A stretch of 64,000 nt of DNA from Calcarisporiella thermophila CBS 279.70 (GCF_041956535.1 NW_027192226.1:1-64000); one strand, 5' to 3'; positions 34,398-50,302 are shown, counted from the stretch's first letter. Numbers and translations are program-made. Notes: a model not told the origin generated them from the letters alone.

Positions 34398-37233
34398 TTA
34401 AGTCCGCTTTTTCTGTTTAAGGTTTTTGCTCTTTTCAACATATTTTCGGAACACTTCTCTAGCATCGAACGGGGGAATTTCACCAAAAATCAAAGCAGGG
34501 TCCCAGTTCTCTTGACGCAATACTTGTTCTCTGAGGGCCGCAGGCTTACACCAATCCGGAGTTCTATTGTGATTTATTTTGCGATTAATATCCTCTAGAG
34601 TGTCTGAGTCATAGCTATTTAAAAAATAAAGTTAGTTTCTCAAATCTTTCAACTCAAAAGGAATATATAGGAGACGGAATAAAACTCACTCGCTTGGAAT
34701 ATCAGGTAATTCATATGGCTCAATTGGCTCTGGCGACGGAGTGCGTTCATGTTCATCTCTTCTTTGTTTTGTAGCGGGTGGTTTCTGTACTATTGTCGAA
34801 AGCTTTATTGAGGAGGTCGTAACAGCGGTGGTTGAAGGAGCCTTTCCTCTCATAGTAGTTGCTGTAGTCAATTTAGAATCGGTGCGTTGATTCTCATTCT
34901 TGGAGGTCTTATTTGCTACATGTTCACCGTTTTCGGAGGGGGCAGCCTTGGTATGCTATCAAAATAAATATATAAAAAATTATCCTGGGGAAGTGTCAAC
35001 TTGAATTAGTTACTTTAGGAATGACAGCAATTGGCTTGAATTTAGAAGTGGAAGTAGTTGTAACCGTTCGAGTAGCAGCGGCCTATATATGATAGTATAA
35101 ATTCGTCAGTTTGAAACAAGCAAAACTCCTACAGACAACAGACCTTCGATGCAGGCATTTTAGCCTTTTCCACACTAGAGGCGGGTAGCCTTCCATTAAA
35201 TTTATCCGCTTGCGTAGAAGTAGAGCTTTTGTTAATCGTGGGTTTCGTATTGCGAACAATCTATCAACAGAATTTGAAAAATGTCAAAATTAAAAGGTCA
35301 GTCTCGCATTTTTAAAATAGAAAATACCTTGGTTTTTGGGGCAGTCTGTTTAGAAATGGTAGCTTTAGTCATGGAAGATGCCATTGGTTTTGGTATAGTT
35401 GAAGTTGTTGGCTTTGGTGCAGGAACTTTAAATGTAGAGGGCTTTGTAGTTGTGGACGATATTGTTTTGGACACAATATTTGATTTTGGTACAGGTGGCT
35501 TTAATGATGTCGATTTTGGTATTGTAGTAGTTTCCGCCCTAGGCACCTCAGCTCTAGGAATATCATCTGGTTTTCGTGACTATGAAAAGAGCCATGGTGA
35601 GTAGCATTCAAAGGCTTTAATCTAAATGTAATTTACCTCATTATTCTGCACCTTTTTTGTAAATGAACCAAAGGAACCCAATGTGCTCATTGCCTTTTTA
35701 AATGTCTCCGTTGTAGTCCTGAGTAGCTCGTGGGCTCGACCTTCCTTTAACTCCTGTGGGTGGAGATCTACATTCATAGGAGACAGTTTATCCTCCAGAT
35801 CTAGGGGAACAGGTTTTAACTTGCTTTGTGAATCCATTCGATTAGTATCTTGATTATTCAATTGCGAAGCTTGCAGGTTTTTGTTGCTTATATCATGTTT
35901 TTGTCGCTTTGGTTCAGATTCACTCTTGTTCGAATATTCCAATTCTGAACTTGTTCGCTTTAGGGAGTTTCGTTTTGATGGCATAACCTTCTGAGAATAT
36001 CTCTCCGCTGCGACATGATCTTCATATGGTACTCTTCCAATATCTATTTCGTGCTGGTCATACATCGAAATATTGGAATGCCTATCCAAGTTTTGGCGAC
36101 TCAGTTCATATTCGGAACGGTTAGAATTCTGATTAATAGCATGCTGCTTATTTTTTCCTTCATTGGGTTGCGCTGCTGATTCGTTGGACATCATTTTGTT
36201 TTTCCTTTGTTCTAATTGTGGTGTTCCCTTTGGTGTCGTAGAATCTAGTATATTCTCTGGGTTTATCATAGCCTTGTCCTTTTCGTCCTTATTCACCTCA
36301 GCCTTGAGTCTTGGAGGAGTGGAGGTAGCAATTGGTGCAAATAGATCTTCCATAATGAGATCAGCGACGTTATGCTCTATAGTATTTAAGGCTTCCGCGG
36401 TTGCAGGGACTTGAGCGGATGGAATTAAAGTTTCCAACTGCAAGGGGCGCTCTTTTTCTGTCTCCATGTTGTCTCCTTTACTCTCGAGCTCCAATTCCAA
36501 CTTATGTATTTCGCTTATTGAGTTAGCAAAAAGACTACCACCTAATCGAGCAGACCTCCGTCTAATGGGAGAATCGGAACGTTCTCTTTTTTCATCTTCG
36601 ACGTTCCCTCCGGAAAGGACTTGCATTATTCGCGAGACATTTCCCTCGACAAAAACTGGTGAGTTTCCTAATTTCGATGTATCTTCCTGTGATGGTGGCT
36701 GGCCGTGTAGTTGTTTAAGGGATTTCCGTGCACCGAGAGAATGACCCACAGAAAATGAGGTTGATAAAGTTCGAGTCGCTGGTAGTAGATTTCGAGGTTT
36801 TGACAGTCGGCCGGTAGCGTTATTTGTACCAATTAGAGTATTAATAGCATTCGTAGGCGAATTGGGCTCAGGGCGAGATTCCGCAAGCAATTTAACCGTC
36901 TTTTTATTCGTCGGAAATGGTGTAGTTCCTTTCGCAGGTGTCTTTAAAAGGTGCGAAATATCCCTATTCATGAAATGAAATATATAAAACGCGAACGAAA
37001 CGCGTACATTCAGAGATTAATGTTCAATGAAATCATGTGAATAATACGCGTCTTCTTTAAACATACACATCTGGCTGATTGAAAATTGCGTCGTGATAGT
37101 CTCTGAGCCAGTCAAAGTCAAGTTGTGCGGCGGCAAGAAACTCTTCAAACTTGCCTTCAACCAGATCGTTGAGTTTACCATATTCTCGGGTTATCCAATT
37201 CTGACCCTCTTTACTTAATTCAACGCTAGTCAT
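34398..37233 (-). CDS. INCENP: Inner centromere protein (INCENP/Pic1/Sli15 family), multi-exon
   Basis: Exon 1 (37233-37067, absent from the ORF track) encodes NWITREYGKLNDLVEGKFEEFLAAAQLDFDWLRDYHDAIF and splices to DISHLLKTP. The last exons encode the IN-box ELPDIPSDYDSD..TPDWCKPAALREQVLRQENWDPALIFGEIPPFDAREVF. Confidence 0.88.
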
Positions 37234-37371
37234 CGATAGTATGAAAGAAAATACTATAAAAAACTAATAAAAGAGTAATTGCTGAATATGTAGTATTTTA
37301 AAAGCTTTGATGGAAGGTATGGTTAATTAATCGGCGTTGTTAGTCGTATATAATAAGAGAGAAAGGGAATG

Positions 37372-37422
37372 TATGAATTTACGCGAATTTCAACTTGAAT
37401 TTTCTATTCGCGTAAATTCATA
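37372..37422. promoter_or_regulatory. 17-bp perfect inverted repeat carrying two MCB/SCB-like ACGCGAA sites in the bidirectional promoter
   Basis: tatgaatttacgcgaat (37372-37388) and attcgcgtaaattcata (37406-37422) lie between the divergent starts at 37233 and 37470. Confidence 0.65.
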
Positions 37423-37469
37423 TATGAAAAGTCACATTTTTTTTTACTCCAATATATCATTACTTTGAA

Positions 37470-38771
37470 ATGTCTATATATAATGCGAAATTTAGAGATC
37501 TAGCTCATGAAATTATTTATACATGTATGGGGGCACGTCTGGGGGCAACTCCAGTGCATGCTATTGGTGAACGGCCATGGCTTTCAAAAGAAGAGCAAGA
37601 GCTAATATTCTGGAATCGTGAGTTGGATAGAATCAAAGAACTAACACGAGACTATGAAGCTTATGATGGTAAGTATATACGCTATTATCTTACTATTTCT
37701 TATTACAAATCAATTCATTTTTCTATTACTTTTTTATATCATNNNNNNNNNNNNNNNNNNNNNNNNNNNNNNNNNNNNNNNNNNNNNNNNNNNNNNNNNN
37801 NNNNNNNNNNNNNNNNNNNNNNNNNNNNNNNNNNNNNNNNNNNNNNNNNNNNNNNNNNNNNNNNNNNNNNNNNNNNNNNNNNNNNNNNNNNNNNNNNNNN
37901 NNNNNNNNNNNNNNNNNNNNNNNNNNNNNNNNNNNNNNNNNNNNNNNNNNNNNNNNNNNNNNNNNNNNNNNNNNNNNNNNNNNNNNNNNNNNNNNNNNNN
38001 NNNNNNNNNNNNNNNNNNNNNNNNNNNNNNNNNNNNNNNNNNNNNNNNNNNNNNNNNNNNNNNNNNNNNNNNNNNNNNNNNNNNNNNGAGCAATAGTAGA
38101 CAGGTATAATATCATGTCCGTAAATAAATTCTCTATCAGCGTTTTAATCATGCTTTAGTGCCAATATGAGCCATGTATTGCTTAATACGATTTTCCAAAG
38201 AAACCAGTCCATTAATAATACGTAAGTAGAAAATTAGAAAATTGGATATAGACACAAAAGTTCTTATAATGTGTTAAAATAGTGATATTGTCACGGCCAT
38301 TGAACAGCGCGACAAGCTTGTAAGTGATTTTCTGAAGATGCATGAAAAGGTTAAGCATATACAACAGGAGCTGGCGGAAATTGAATCAAGGATTAAAGGT
38401 ATATAATGTGAATAGCTTTAGAGAATCTTCTATTTGAAATACTCTTTACATATTTAGATCAACACCAGCGTAACCGCAGCCTTATGGCTGATATAACCAC
38501 AATCTCTTCTGAACTTTCAGTTACACATAGACAAGAGCAAGCGGATCCAAAATTTGCCCGTGCACTTAAAAGGTTTTTATCAAGATGAATTATTAACAGC
38601 TTGTTTACTAATCAGAAAGATCTAATTAGGGCTGAAGAAGAGCTTGAAAGAGAGAAATCACGACAAGAGATTCTTCGTAATGTGCTCCAAGGGTTGCTCC
38701 TCGAGAGTGGTGTTCAATGGGTTGATGATGAGCATTGGCTAAAAGTGATGCTTATGCTTGGCGAAACATGA
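37470..38771 (+). CDS. CENPH: Kinetochore protein CENP-H (Fta3/Mcm16 family), multi-exon, spans an assembly gap
   Basis: Coiled-coil exons and C-terminal ILRNVLQGLLLESGVQWVDDEHWLKVML, resembling the CENP-H signature NVxQxLIxxSxVxWAED. Confidence 0.75.
37743..38087. other. Assembly gap (N run)
   Basis: Run of N. Confidence 1.
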
Positions 38772-38981
38772 ATTTTTTTCACTCTTGTAGAATTCAATAA
38801 AGAAATATATATTCATATATATTCAAATATAAAGAAGCTCTAAAAACACCTGAGAATAAAATAATGAAATGCAAAAGCACATGTATAATTTTTAAAAACT
38901 ACAACATATCTATAGATCTATTTCTGTAATCCCCGCTTATATGACTTTATCATTGTGGTCCATCGCTAATTATTCCCATTT

Positions 38982-41385
<2,404 letters not shown>

Positions 41386-41705
41386 GATAAAGTTGAAATT
41401 TTTAAAGAACAAGAGCTGACAATCAACAATACGTGCACGTTTATTCACCCTAAACATGATTTCATTGTCTATTTTTCCGACTGTGCCACAATCACTCAAT
41501 TTACTGTCCAATCTCGGCTCCTTGGCATAGATTCGATCGCGGATTTGCCCACTTTCCACACTCAAGAATTAAGCTAGGTCACTTAAATATACTCCAATGG
41601 TATGTCGAAGTTGCTATGATTATCAAAATTTTTATTATCGATGACGTCCGTTTAACTTTAAGGATTTACTTTTACAATTTTTCTTAAGTCGATAAATATT
41701 GCACA

Positions 41706-42704
41706 TTATGCTCGCTTCTTTATAACACGCCCATGTACTCTGCTATACATTTCCTTAAAAGAAGGCTCTGACAATAGTCTCCGTTCAAGTAAGGTCTGCT
41801 TAATTTTTCTGCGCAATTCTTCTTCCAGGTTTCCTCCATCACGGAAAGGTGTGAAGGCATCTCTAAGTGCAGCCTGTGTTTCACCTAGAACCAATTGGGA
41901 CAACACCTCTACATGCTGTAGTTCTGGTCGTAAGGCATCCTCCTCCGCAGGGAATAAAACTGGTCCAACTTGCGATAGGCCAATGAAGATAGTAATGAAA
42001 AGTTGGTGCAGTACAGCCACATTTTGGAAAGTAACACGACCAGGCATTATAAGTGCTAGAAATATATTTGATGGCCAGAGAAGCATAGACAGCTCAAGGC
42101 AGGCCATCCCGGCAAAAGTCACAAATCTCCAGTATCGTGCGAACTGCCCCTTACCTAACACATTGAGAACAAGCAATATCAGGCCTGTCCCAGCGTAAAA
42201 ACTCACTGCAGATGAAATTCCACGTTGGAGGTAATCGCGAGTAGTAACGGCCCCTTGCCACGAGGCAACTTCGGGTCCAAAACGATCATATGCAAAGCGA
42301 CGTACGGGATCACTAAGTATTTCAAACCCAAGCCGTACTGCGATAAACTGCTGCTCAGCTTCTGGGCTAGGATTTTTATCAGGATGGAGTTGCAAAGAGA
42401 GTTTCCTGAATTCGCGTTTCAGTTTTTGTGATGAAAAATCGTATGGATCAACGTTAAACATATCATAAAAGGTGGGTGGTGCCTGAAGGTACACTTCAAC
42501 AACTGTATAGGCAAGATACACCATGACAACTAGTGAATAGATCCGATTGAAGTGGCGGCGGTATTTTGGTTGACCGGGTTGAGGTCGTTGAGAACCGACA
42601 GGGTAGATAAGTTGATAATAGAGAGATTGCAGGAAGCTAGCTGCAAGCTGTGGAATGAACATCCAGCCCACAATGGACAGGTAGGGCTTGTAAGCGTCCT
42701 GCAT
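41706..42704 (-). CDS. Membrane-associated DnaJ-domain protein, single exon
   Basis: J-domain FYDMF..FRKLSLQLHPDKN..FEILSDPVRRFAYDRFG flanked by hydrophobic segments. Confidence 0.9.
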   Translation of the reverse strand: MQDAYKPYLSIVGWMFIPQLAASFLQSLYYQLIYPVGSQRPQPGQPKYRRHFNRIYSLVVMVYLAYTVVEVYLQAPPTFYDMFNVDPYDFSSQKLKREFRKLSLQLHPDKNPSPEAEQQFIAVRLGFEILSDPVRRFAYDRFGPEVASWQGAVTTRDYLQRGISSAVSFYAGTGLILLVLNVLGKGQFARYWRFVTFAGMACLELSMLLWPSNIFLALIMPGRVTFQNVAVLHQLFITIFIGLSQVGPVLFPAEEDALRPELQHVEVLSQLVLGETQAALRDAFTPFRDGGNLEEELRRKIKQTLLERRLLSEPSFKEMYSRVHGRVIKKRA

Positions 42705-42868
42705 AATCAAAATGGTAAAGTGATCCAAGAATAATTCCCTTCAACGCGAAGCGCAAAGGATTTCTGTAAAAATTAAGTCACATCGAAAAAAAACATGCAA
42801 TATTGTTTCTCGGATTTTTGTGCATACTCGACGCGTCTCTCCCTTTTTCTCAAACCACTCTTTGTCGA

Positions 42869-45800
42869 ATGGACCCATCGGCAGCTCGACTTCAACTCAT
42901 CGCGGTACTGGTTGATGCCTCATCACAGCAGCCCGATCGATTAAAACAAGCTGAGCTACAGCTTAAGCAATGGGAAACTGCTCCTGAATTTTACGCTAGT
43001 TTGCAAGTAAGTATTTTTACCTTCAATGGCAAGGATGGGCTGTTCGTTACAATACATAGTTGGTGAATCAAATCAACTGATTAATGAGTTGTGTATTGAT
43101 TGAAAAGATTGAAGAAAAATAGGATATTTATATACAGCATTTCTCTTTTAATTGATGACATCTTTTTTACTACAATAGGATATAGTATATGACAAAAGTT
43201 TAGATTTGAGCATTCGTTGGATAAGCGCAATTTATCTGAAGAATGGCATTGACCGCTACTGGCGCAGAACTGCGAAAAAGTATATCAACTAGAAAATTGG
43301 GTTTTTAGTTCAGCTAACTAATTTATTATGTTATTAAATTAAGTGCAATACAACATGAGGAAAAAGCAAAAATTCGTGGGCGCCTTTTAACGGCACTCGA
43401 TGAAGAACACAAGCAGGTATGTTCGGTTCACTCAATCCTTACCTTATTTAAAATTGCTTACAATTATCTTAATATAAGCTTGCAATTCAAAATGCTGTTG
43501 TGGTATCGAAGATAGCACGTTTAGATTTTCCAAATGACTGGTACGTTTTGTTATATGGGATTGGTCCAGTATTTAATTACCTCTTATTATTCGACTTACC
43601 TTATTTCTCATCGAAAAAGGCCAGATATACTCCATAGACTCTTGCAAATAATTCAACAAACATCCACTGCAGTTTCAGCATCAAATCCTACATATAACCC
43701 AACACTTGTGCAACAGCGAGCTCTTCTCACTTTACATCTTGTAGTTAAAGCCCTTTGCTCTAAAACACTCGCCACAGGGCGAACTATTTACAAGCAAGTT
43801 GCCCCTGAACTTTTCCGGCATATTGCAGAGCTATACGCGCGCCACATTCAGAGCATATTTCAGGCTCTTGAATCGGGAGGAGTGAATAATGATAATATCG
43901 TTAATGTCGGATTTAACTTGGAGACTACAGCGTTGTCACTTAAATGTATGCGAAGATTATTATCGCATGGATTTGATGATTTCAGCAAGACTCAAGATAC
44001 AAGGGTACTCGTTTTGCTTATATTGACTATGCATTTCAAAATTCTTACCTCCACTTAAAATACTCTAGGAATTTTTTGTCCTCTCCCTTTCGCACCTTCG
44101 AAAGTTTCGAGATTTACTCAAATCTATGTCGCCAGATTCTGATTTATACTCATCATTTTCTACTCATATTATTCTAATCGGGAAAGTTTACTTGAACCTT
44201 CAACAATTTCAATTAGTACCATTTATACGTACTCCTGGCATGGTTGAGGTTATGCAGTGGTACTGGCGGTGTTTAGTAGAAGACGGTGAGAAGCTAACTG
44301 GTAGGTGGTTGTAACAGGAGCAAAATGGCATTGATCTCTAAGTTTGACTTTTATTAGATAGAAACCCTCATCCCGAACTCTCTGAAAAATTCCTTGTGCA
44401 AGCACTCATACTCTGGAAAAATATAATTAAAAACTATAATTATACCCCTTCAAGACAAGGTATTATATATTTTAATATAGGTCCTAGGCTTTTCAAATGC
44501 GTTATAACATTGTTCTTAACTTTACTGTCCACAATACAGAAGCAATTGAAGAGGCACGGAAATTTATAAATGATAATATACTTACTCCCTCTTTCGTTCA
44601 CTCGTGCGCCGAAGTTCTTATTTCTCGGTTTCTTGTGCTACGCCCAGAGGACTTGGCTTCTTGGGAAAGTGATCCGGAAGGTTGGATGAATGATGAGGAG
44701 GCTGATCACTGGGAATATCAGCTCAGGGTAAAGTTATTCAAATTTATAATTAACCACTAATAGTAATATGTTTTCTCCCTATTTTAGCCTTGTTCGGAAA
44801 AGGTTTTCATGGATCTATTAACATCTAAGCGAGAACAACTCGCTCCTACAATGCTTAGCTTACTCGAAAATGTTGCAAAAGGAGAGGGAAATTTGTTGCT
44901 GAAAGATGCAGTATATTGCGCCATAGGATTAGGCGCCAACGACCTATTTGATGTTTTGGATTTTGATGGATTTTTAGTCAACCACCTCGCGATTGAAGTT
45001 AATAACCTGGAACAAAAGTAGGGTTGCAAAAATTTCACCAGAAGTCTACTAAAGATGCTGATTTTTAGATTTGTTTTCCCATGATCCTAGTTATAGAATT
45101 TTACGGAGACGAATTGCTTGGATGATTGGCAAATGGATTTCCGTCAAAATCTCAAAAGTAATTCGTCCACAAGTGTATACTATGCTCTTACGCTTAATAT
45201 CCCCAGAAACCGAACCGGATCTTGTCGTGCGTCTTACAGCTGTTACAGCTCTTCGTAGCTCTATTGATGAGTGGGATTTTGAAGCCGATAGTTTTTCCCC
45301 GTTTCTTCGACAGACAGTAGCAGATATAGCTCGATTACTTCAGGATGTTGATGAGTTTGATAGTCGAATGCGAATATTAAATTGTTTGTCAATGGTGATC
45401 GAACGCATGGAAGGTCGAGTTATACCATTTGCACAAGAAATAGTTGGGCTACTTCCGCCACTTTGGAATGCTGCTGGAGAAGAGCACCTTTTCAAATCGG
45501 CAATTTTGGTTACACTTACGAAACTCATCGGGGTATTTAGCTTGAATGGATTATTAAAAGCCAACATAGTTAAAATTGCTAATATTTCAATAGTCGCTGA
45601 AGGAGCAATCGAGTAATTTGCATGAGATTGTTGTTCCGTTGATACAACATAGCACTGATCCAAATCAAGTAAGCCTGATTTACTCTCTCTCTAATTTGAA
45701 AATTTATTTATTTCATCGTCCCGGTGGTTTTAGCCCGCCCATGTCTATCTTATTGAAGATGGTCTTGAATTATGGACGGCTACAGTGCATAATGCCCCCC

Positions 45801-46958
45801 GAACTACTCCTGAATTATTTGGCCTGATTCCAGTGGCAGTAGCTCTCTTGGAATATGGAAGCGAGAATCTTCGTAAGGTGTTGCGAATTCTAGAGAGTTA
45901 TGCTCTTTTAAACGGCGAATTGCTTGTACAGGTAATCCTGGATGGATTTCTTATTTTATAATAGAAGTATTGACATTTCTTTTAGTCCTTTTCACTACCC
46001 ATTTTTGACGGTTTTGCTCGGTTACTTGGAGATTTGAAACCACAAGCTTGTAACGTTATAATCCGAGTACTTGATACGATCTTGCAAAAATCTCCCGTAA
46101 ATACCTACAGCGATGTGATGATCAATTCAGGTTTATTGTGGAAGCTCTTAGGATCTATTCTCGAAAATAAGGTCATATTATGAAATATTACTATACTATA
46201 TTACCATATTAACTTGTGCATTTTCGTGTTAACAGGAGTCACCTCTGGTGCTTGTGTCATATTTCTCTGTGTTCTCGAGAATAATTGTTGATAACACAGA
46301 GTTCTTTTACCGTTTCATTGATATGGCATCAAGACAATGCAATCCTCCTCGCCCTGAACTCCTCGGCATGTTTTTGGACATATGGCTCGATAAATTTGAT
46401 AATATCGGCCATCCTAAGCAGCGCAAGTTAAACGCAATGGCTTTTAGCTCCCTTATTGCAAGTACCGATGAGCAAATGCTCGCGAGACTCGATCAGATAA
46501 TCGGTGTGTGGTGCAGTGTGTTAAGTGAGGTGCGAGAGTCAGAAAGTGGAGAGTATGTATTAAAATTTCCAAAATGAAATAGTGAAAGTCTAGGATAACC
46601 ATTTTCCATCATTATATTATCACAATTTTACAGTGCTCTTATATATTGGAGGCAGGATGGAGATTTAGAAGAGAGCGGAGAAGAACGCGAAGATTCTCCC
46701 GAGCAATTACGGAAACGTGAGGTAACATTAATATACTTTTATATAAGTTTTATTATATTAATTTTACTCATTAATTTTACACGCCTCCGATAGCTCTTAC
46801 GACGAGATCCTATCCACACAACCAACCTTATTAGCTTAATACAAATCAAACTGCATGAATGTGAACATCTCAATGGTGGTGCTGAGAACTTCCGAGCAAA
46901 ATGGCTAGTAAGAGTCGACTCTTTGCTACTGGACCAATTGCATTCATTGTTATCTTAG
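42869..46958 (+). CDS. KAP120: Importin-11 / Kap120 karyopherin, many exons
   Basis: IBN_N region (QAELQLKQWE..; YLKNGIDRYWRR), KIARLDFPNDW, W..DPE.W, LRRRIAWMIGKW, IDEWDF, HPKQRKLNAMA and RDPIHT. Confidence 0.9.
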
Positions 46959-47208
46959 GATAAAATGGAGGCTTTTAGATTACAGATAGAATTTTATTCC
47001 ATTTCAGATGCTTGTCCTTTTCCCTCTATAATAATAAATTATTAAGGGTATACTGGATGAGACTTGAAAAAAGTGTTAGATAGTGTTTATTTTTTCTAGG
47101 AAAGACAAAAACAATTATAGCAAGACCCTGGAATAGAAGAGATAAAATTTGGGAAAAAAAGGCAATGAGCTCTTATAAGAAATAATAATATAATATATAT
47201 GTAATATA

Positions 47209-49509
47209 TCAAGAAATCACACAATCGTCCGTCTTCTTTCGGCCCTTTTTCCTTCCATTTTCGTTCTTAGCAGTTGATATACTTTGCCTAGAAGATGAAC
47301 TCGTGGATACTGCAGTAGCAGTAGCAACGGAAGTAGTGACTGTTGACTGTGAAGGTGTTAGTGGTATTACAGATTGCTGTGCTTCATTTTGCTGGTGGGG
47401 TTGAATACGTGTCGCCTGATGTTCACGGGTCAGTTGTCGCTCTTGCTCGCGGCGCTGCTGCTCACGGAGATGATGCTCTTCCTCTTCTTGCAATTGTAAT
47501 GCGAGAGCAAAACTAGAAACAAATATTAAATTATTTTGTGATAATACAAAATTTTGAAAATAAAAAAGCTTACTCTGCATCGCCTGATGGATCGCCTTCA
47601 AAGTGGAACTCTGTACCTTCGTCTAGCCCTACATAGTCAGCAGCCGCATCTGCTCTGCTAAATTTCCCGTCAAAGAACTCTGATGTCGACTGATCCAAAT
47701 CAAGTAAAGATTCCCATACTACTTTGCGCTCACCCACGAAACTTGCATCTGTTACCAATGTATAAAGTGTGGAAGAGTTCTTAATGAGAGTGCTGAAATG
47801 ATTATTACGGAATAATACGCAAGGTGTAGAGGAGGGAATTGTATGTAAAAGGTTAAGTCCAAAATGAGTAAGTTGAGTAGCCGTAGAATTAAGAAATTGG
47901 GATGCAACCAAAGCTAGGTTTGAAAATAGGATATGTTTAAGGACGAAATCGGAAAAATATGCAAAGTAAACCAATAGCAATGCGAATTTACCATCACATA
48001 TAAGCGAGTCATCTTCAGTTGACAAACACCCCTTTTTTCTTTCTCTGACTTCGTCTCCTCTTACAATCACTTCTACCGCTCGGTTATAGCTTCCACAGCG
48101 TTTCACTAATACCTCATGAAAAACTTCTTCTTCAGGATCCACTACCCATCCATGCACCAAATCGACCCCAAAAACATCAAAGAGCGCGAGCTCTTCTGTG
48201 GGCTCAAATCCACGAATATTGCGGAAATACACGTTGACGTCTATTAACAATTAACCTATAAGCCAGTTGCACGAAAAATGCACATAATATCTAAAATGAC
48301 AGTACCAAGTCCAGTTTGCAAACGAGGAATAACTGAGAGGGCAGCATTGAGATTGTGGCGAAAATCACCCACAGAAGGCAGAGCTTGTGCAGATGTTTGC
48401 TCGCTCTTGATGTGCTCCTGTGTCTATTTAAAATCAACTACTCGATTTAATCCATACGTTAATTTAGAAGGGAAATAAAATCTAAATGCATGCCTGAGTA
48501 TGTGACATCGTGTTAAGTAGATAGTCTCCTAGGATTCCTACAAGTTCCTCGAACGAAACGTGTGATTTGCCGGGTGGCCTAATTTCGATGTCCCCTCTCA
48601 ATAACAGCACATTACCTACGCCCGTTCGCAAATGAGAGATTAGACTCAAACTTATCACGAGCAAACAAATATATTTCCTCGAGTAATGGTATATGGCTTA
48701 CATAATGCTATTAAAGGACATGGGCCATTCTCATTTTGAGTGATGACCCGTAAGTTTTTCTCTGTACCCGTACGTGTATCTATCCAGTCGATAGGTTTTA
48801 GAGCATACTCTGTTGCGATTGGAAGTTCACTCATTGATGCCTGTGCGAGATGGAGTGCATCAAAAGAAGCGGGAAGTGTCGAAATTGCCTCGCTTGGAGT
48901 AGCCGTTTGTGGATCATTCAAAATAGTCGAATCTTGTGGAGCTAGCTGCTCATGTATAGATTCTGCTATTCTAGTAGGAACAACTTTGTCTTTCGCTTGT
49001 GTCTGATCTAGTATATTGAGATATTCCGGCTCTTTAGGGATCGGATTTTCTGAGAAGCCTGACGAATTGTCAGAAATAAAAGAGGCCGAAACTTCGTAGG
49101 TTTGCTGCTCCTGAGAAATCTGTTTGTTCAATTGAGGCACATTCTTTGCGCTTGACTCTAAATCTGTGACTTTTCGGTGTTCTGCTTTCTTAGAGGGCTC
49201 ATCAAAAAAGGAGTGATGTTCTGATCCCGATACCAACACATATTCGCTTCGCTCCGTTTTGAGAGTTTTTTTTACGCTAGGTGATTTTTCTTGCAATCTG
49301 CTTCGATTTATTTCTAAGGTATTCTCTAAGCTAGTCTGGGTCACGTTCTCAGATCGAGTGTCCATTTGCCTAATTGTCACACGGCGTTTCTCTTCTATCG
49401 GCTCATCTCTCACCATATTCTCATCTTTTTTGTGAAGAACGGAATCCTTAATGCTTGCTTCTGCTTCGTCATGCTTTATGAGTTCCTCTTTGGAAGATAA
49501 TGTTACCAT
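47209..49509 (-). CDS. MINDY1: MINDY-1/2 family deubiquitinase with MIU-like motif and C-terminal CaaX, multi-exon
   Basis: TQNENGPCPLIALC, L.HGWVVDP, ATQLT.FGL, FRNNHFST, LYTLVTD, VVWESL, FALALQLQEEE; the protein ends CVIS*. Confidence 0.92.
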
Positions 49510-50264
49510 TATAATCTATTAATTCAATTAACGAAGCGTAGAAAAATCTGGATTCACTTATATATCAGGCTGGTGGCTTATAGCCAAGAAACCGAAGTTT
49601 AGTATTGTAGGAAAAATAGAAAATTAATTCAGCATGCTATGTTAATTTTCGTTTTTCCATCGATTTTTCGTGATTTTTAAGCACTTAAAAATACTACAAT
49701 TATTAAAAAATATCAACTACTACTAATATTATTTGTTTTATATCCAATACACATTTGCCTGTATAAATTTCGAAGATATCCACTATTTGATTCAATTTGT
49801 TTGCATTCATGCGACTGAAGCTTGGCCTCAAATTTAACTAGTGCAGCTTGACCGAATTAAACATTAGAATAAGTAAAGAATAGATCATCCCTAGCTAAAC
49901 GGTGTAGGATAAGATATTTGATGAAAAACAGTTTTTAAATATTAAGTTTAATATAAAAATAAAATAAAAAAGTAAATATTAAATTAAATGTTAATCATAT
50001 ATAATACAAAGATGACTTGGAGTCATAAGTTTCTATAATTTCTGAAATTACTTCTGAAAAATGATAAGAAAAGCATCATGATTCCATTACACGCATAGCG
50101 TTGATTTTAAATATTGAAGAAACTGCGGCTACAGATCCTGAAATACACGTTTAATTAGGATCTTTATCATCTGTCAATTTTACAATATCTTCGAAGATAT
50201 TCCAGATTCTCATCGCTCTGATTTTCAGTGATTTATCAATTATACAAGCCACCACTTAAATTAA

Positions 50265-50302
50265 ACGCGTTCGAAACATTGAAAAAATATTGAAATACGC
50301 GT
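50265..50302 (+). promoter_or_regulatory. Two MCB elements (ACGCGT) upstream of SCC3
   Basis: ACGCGT at 50265-50270 and 50297-50302, 140-175 bp upstream of the ATG at 50440, in very AT-rich DNA. Confidence 0.6.
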
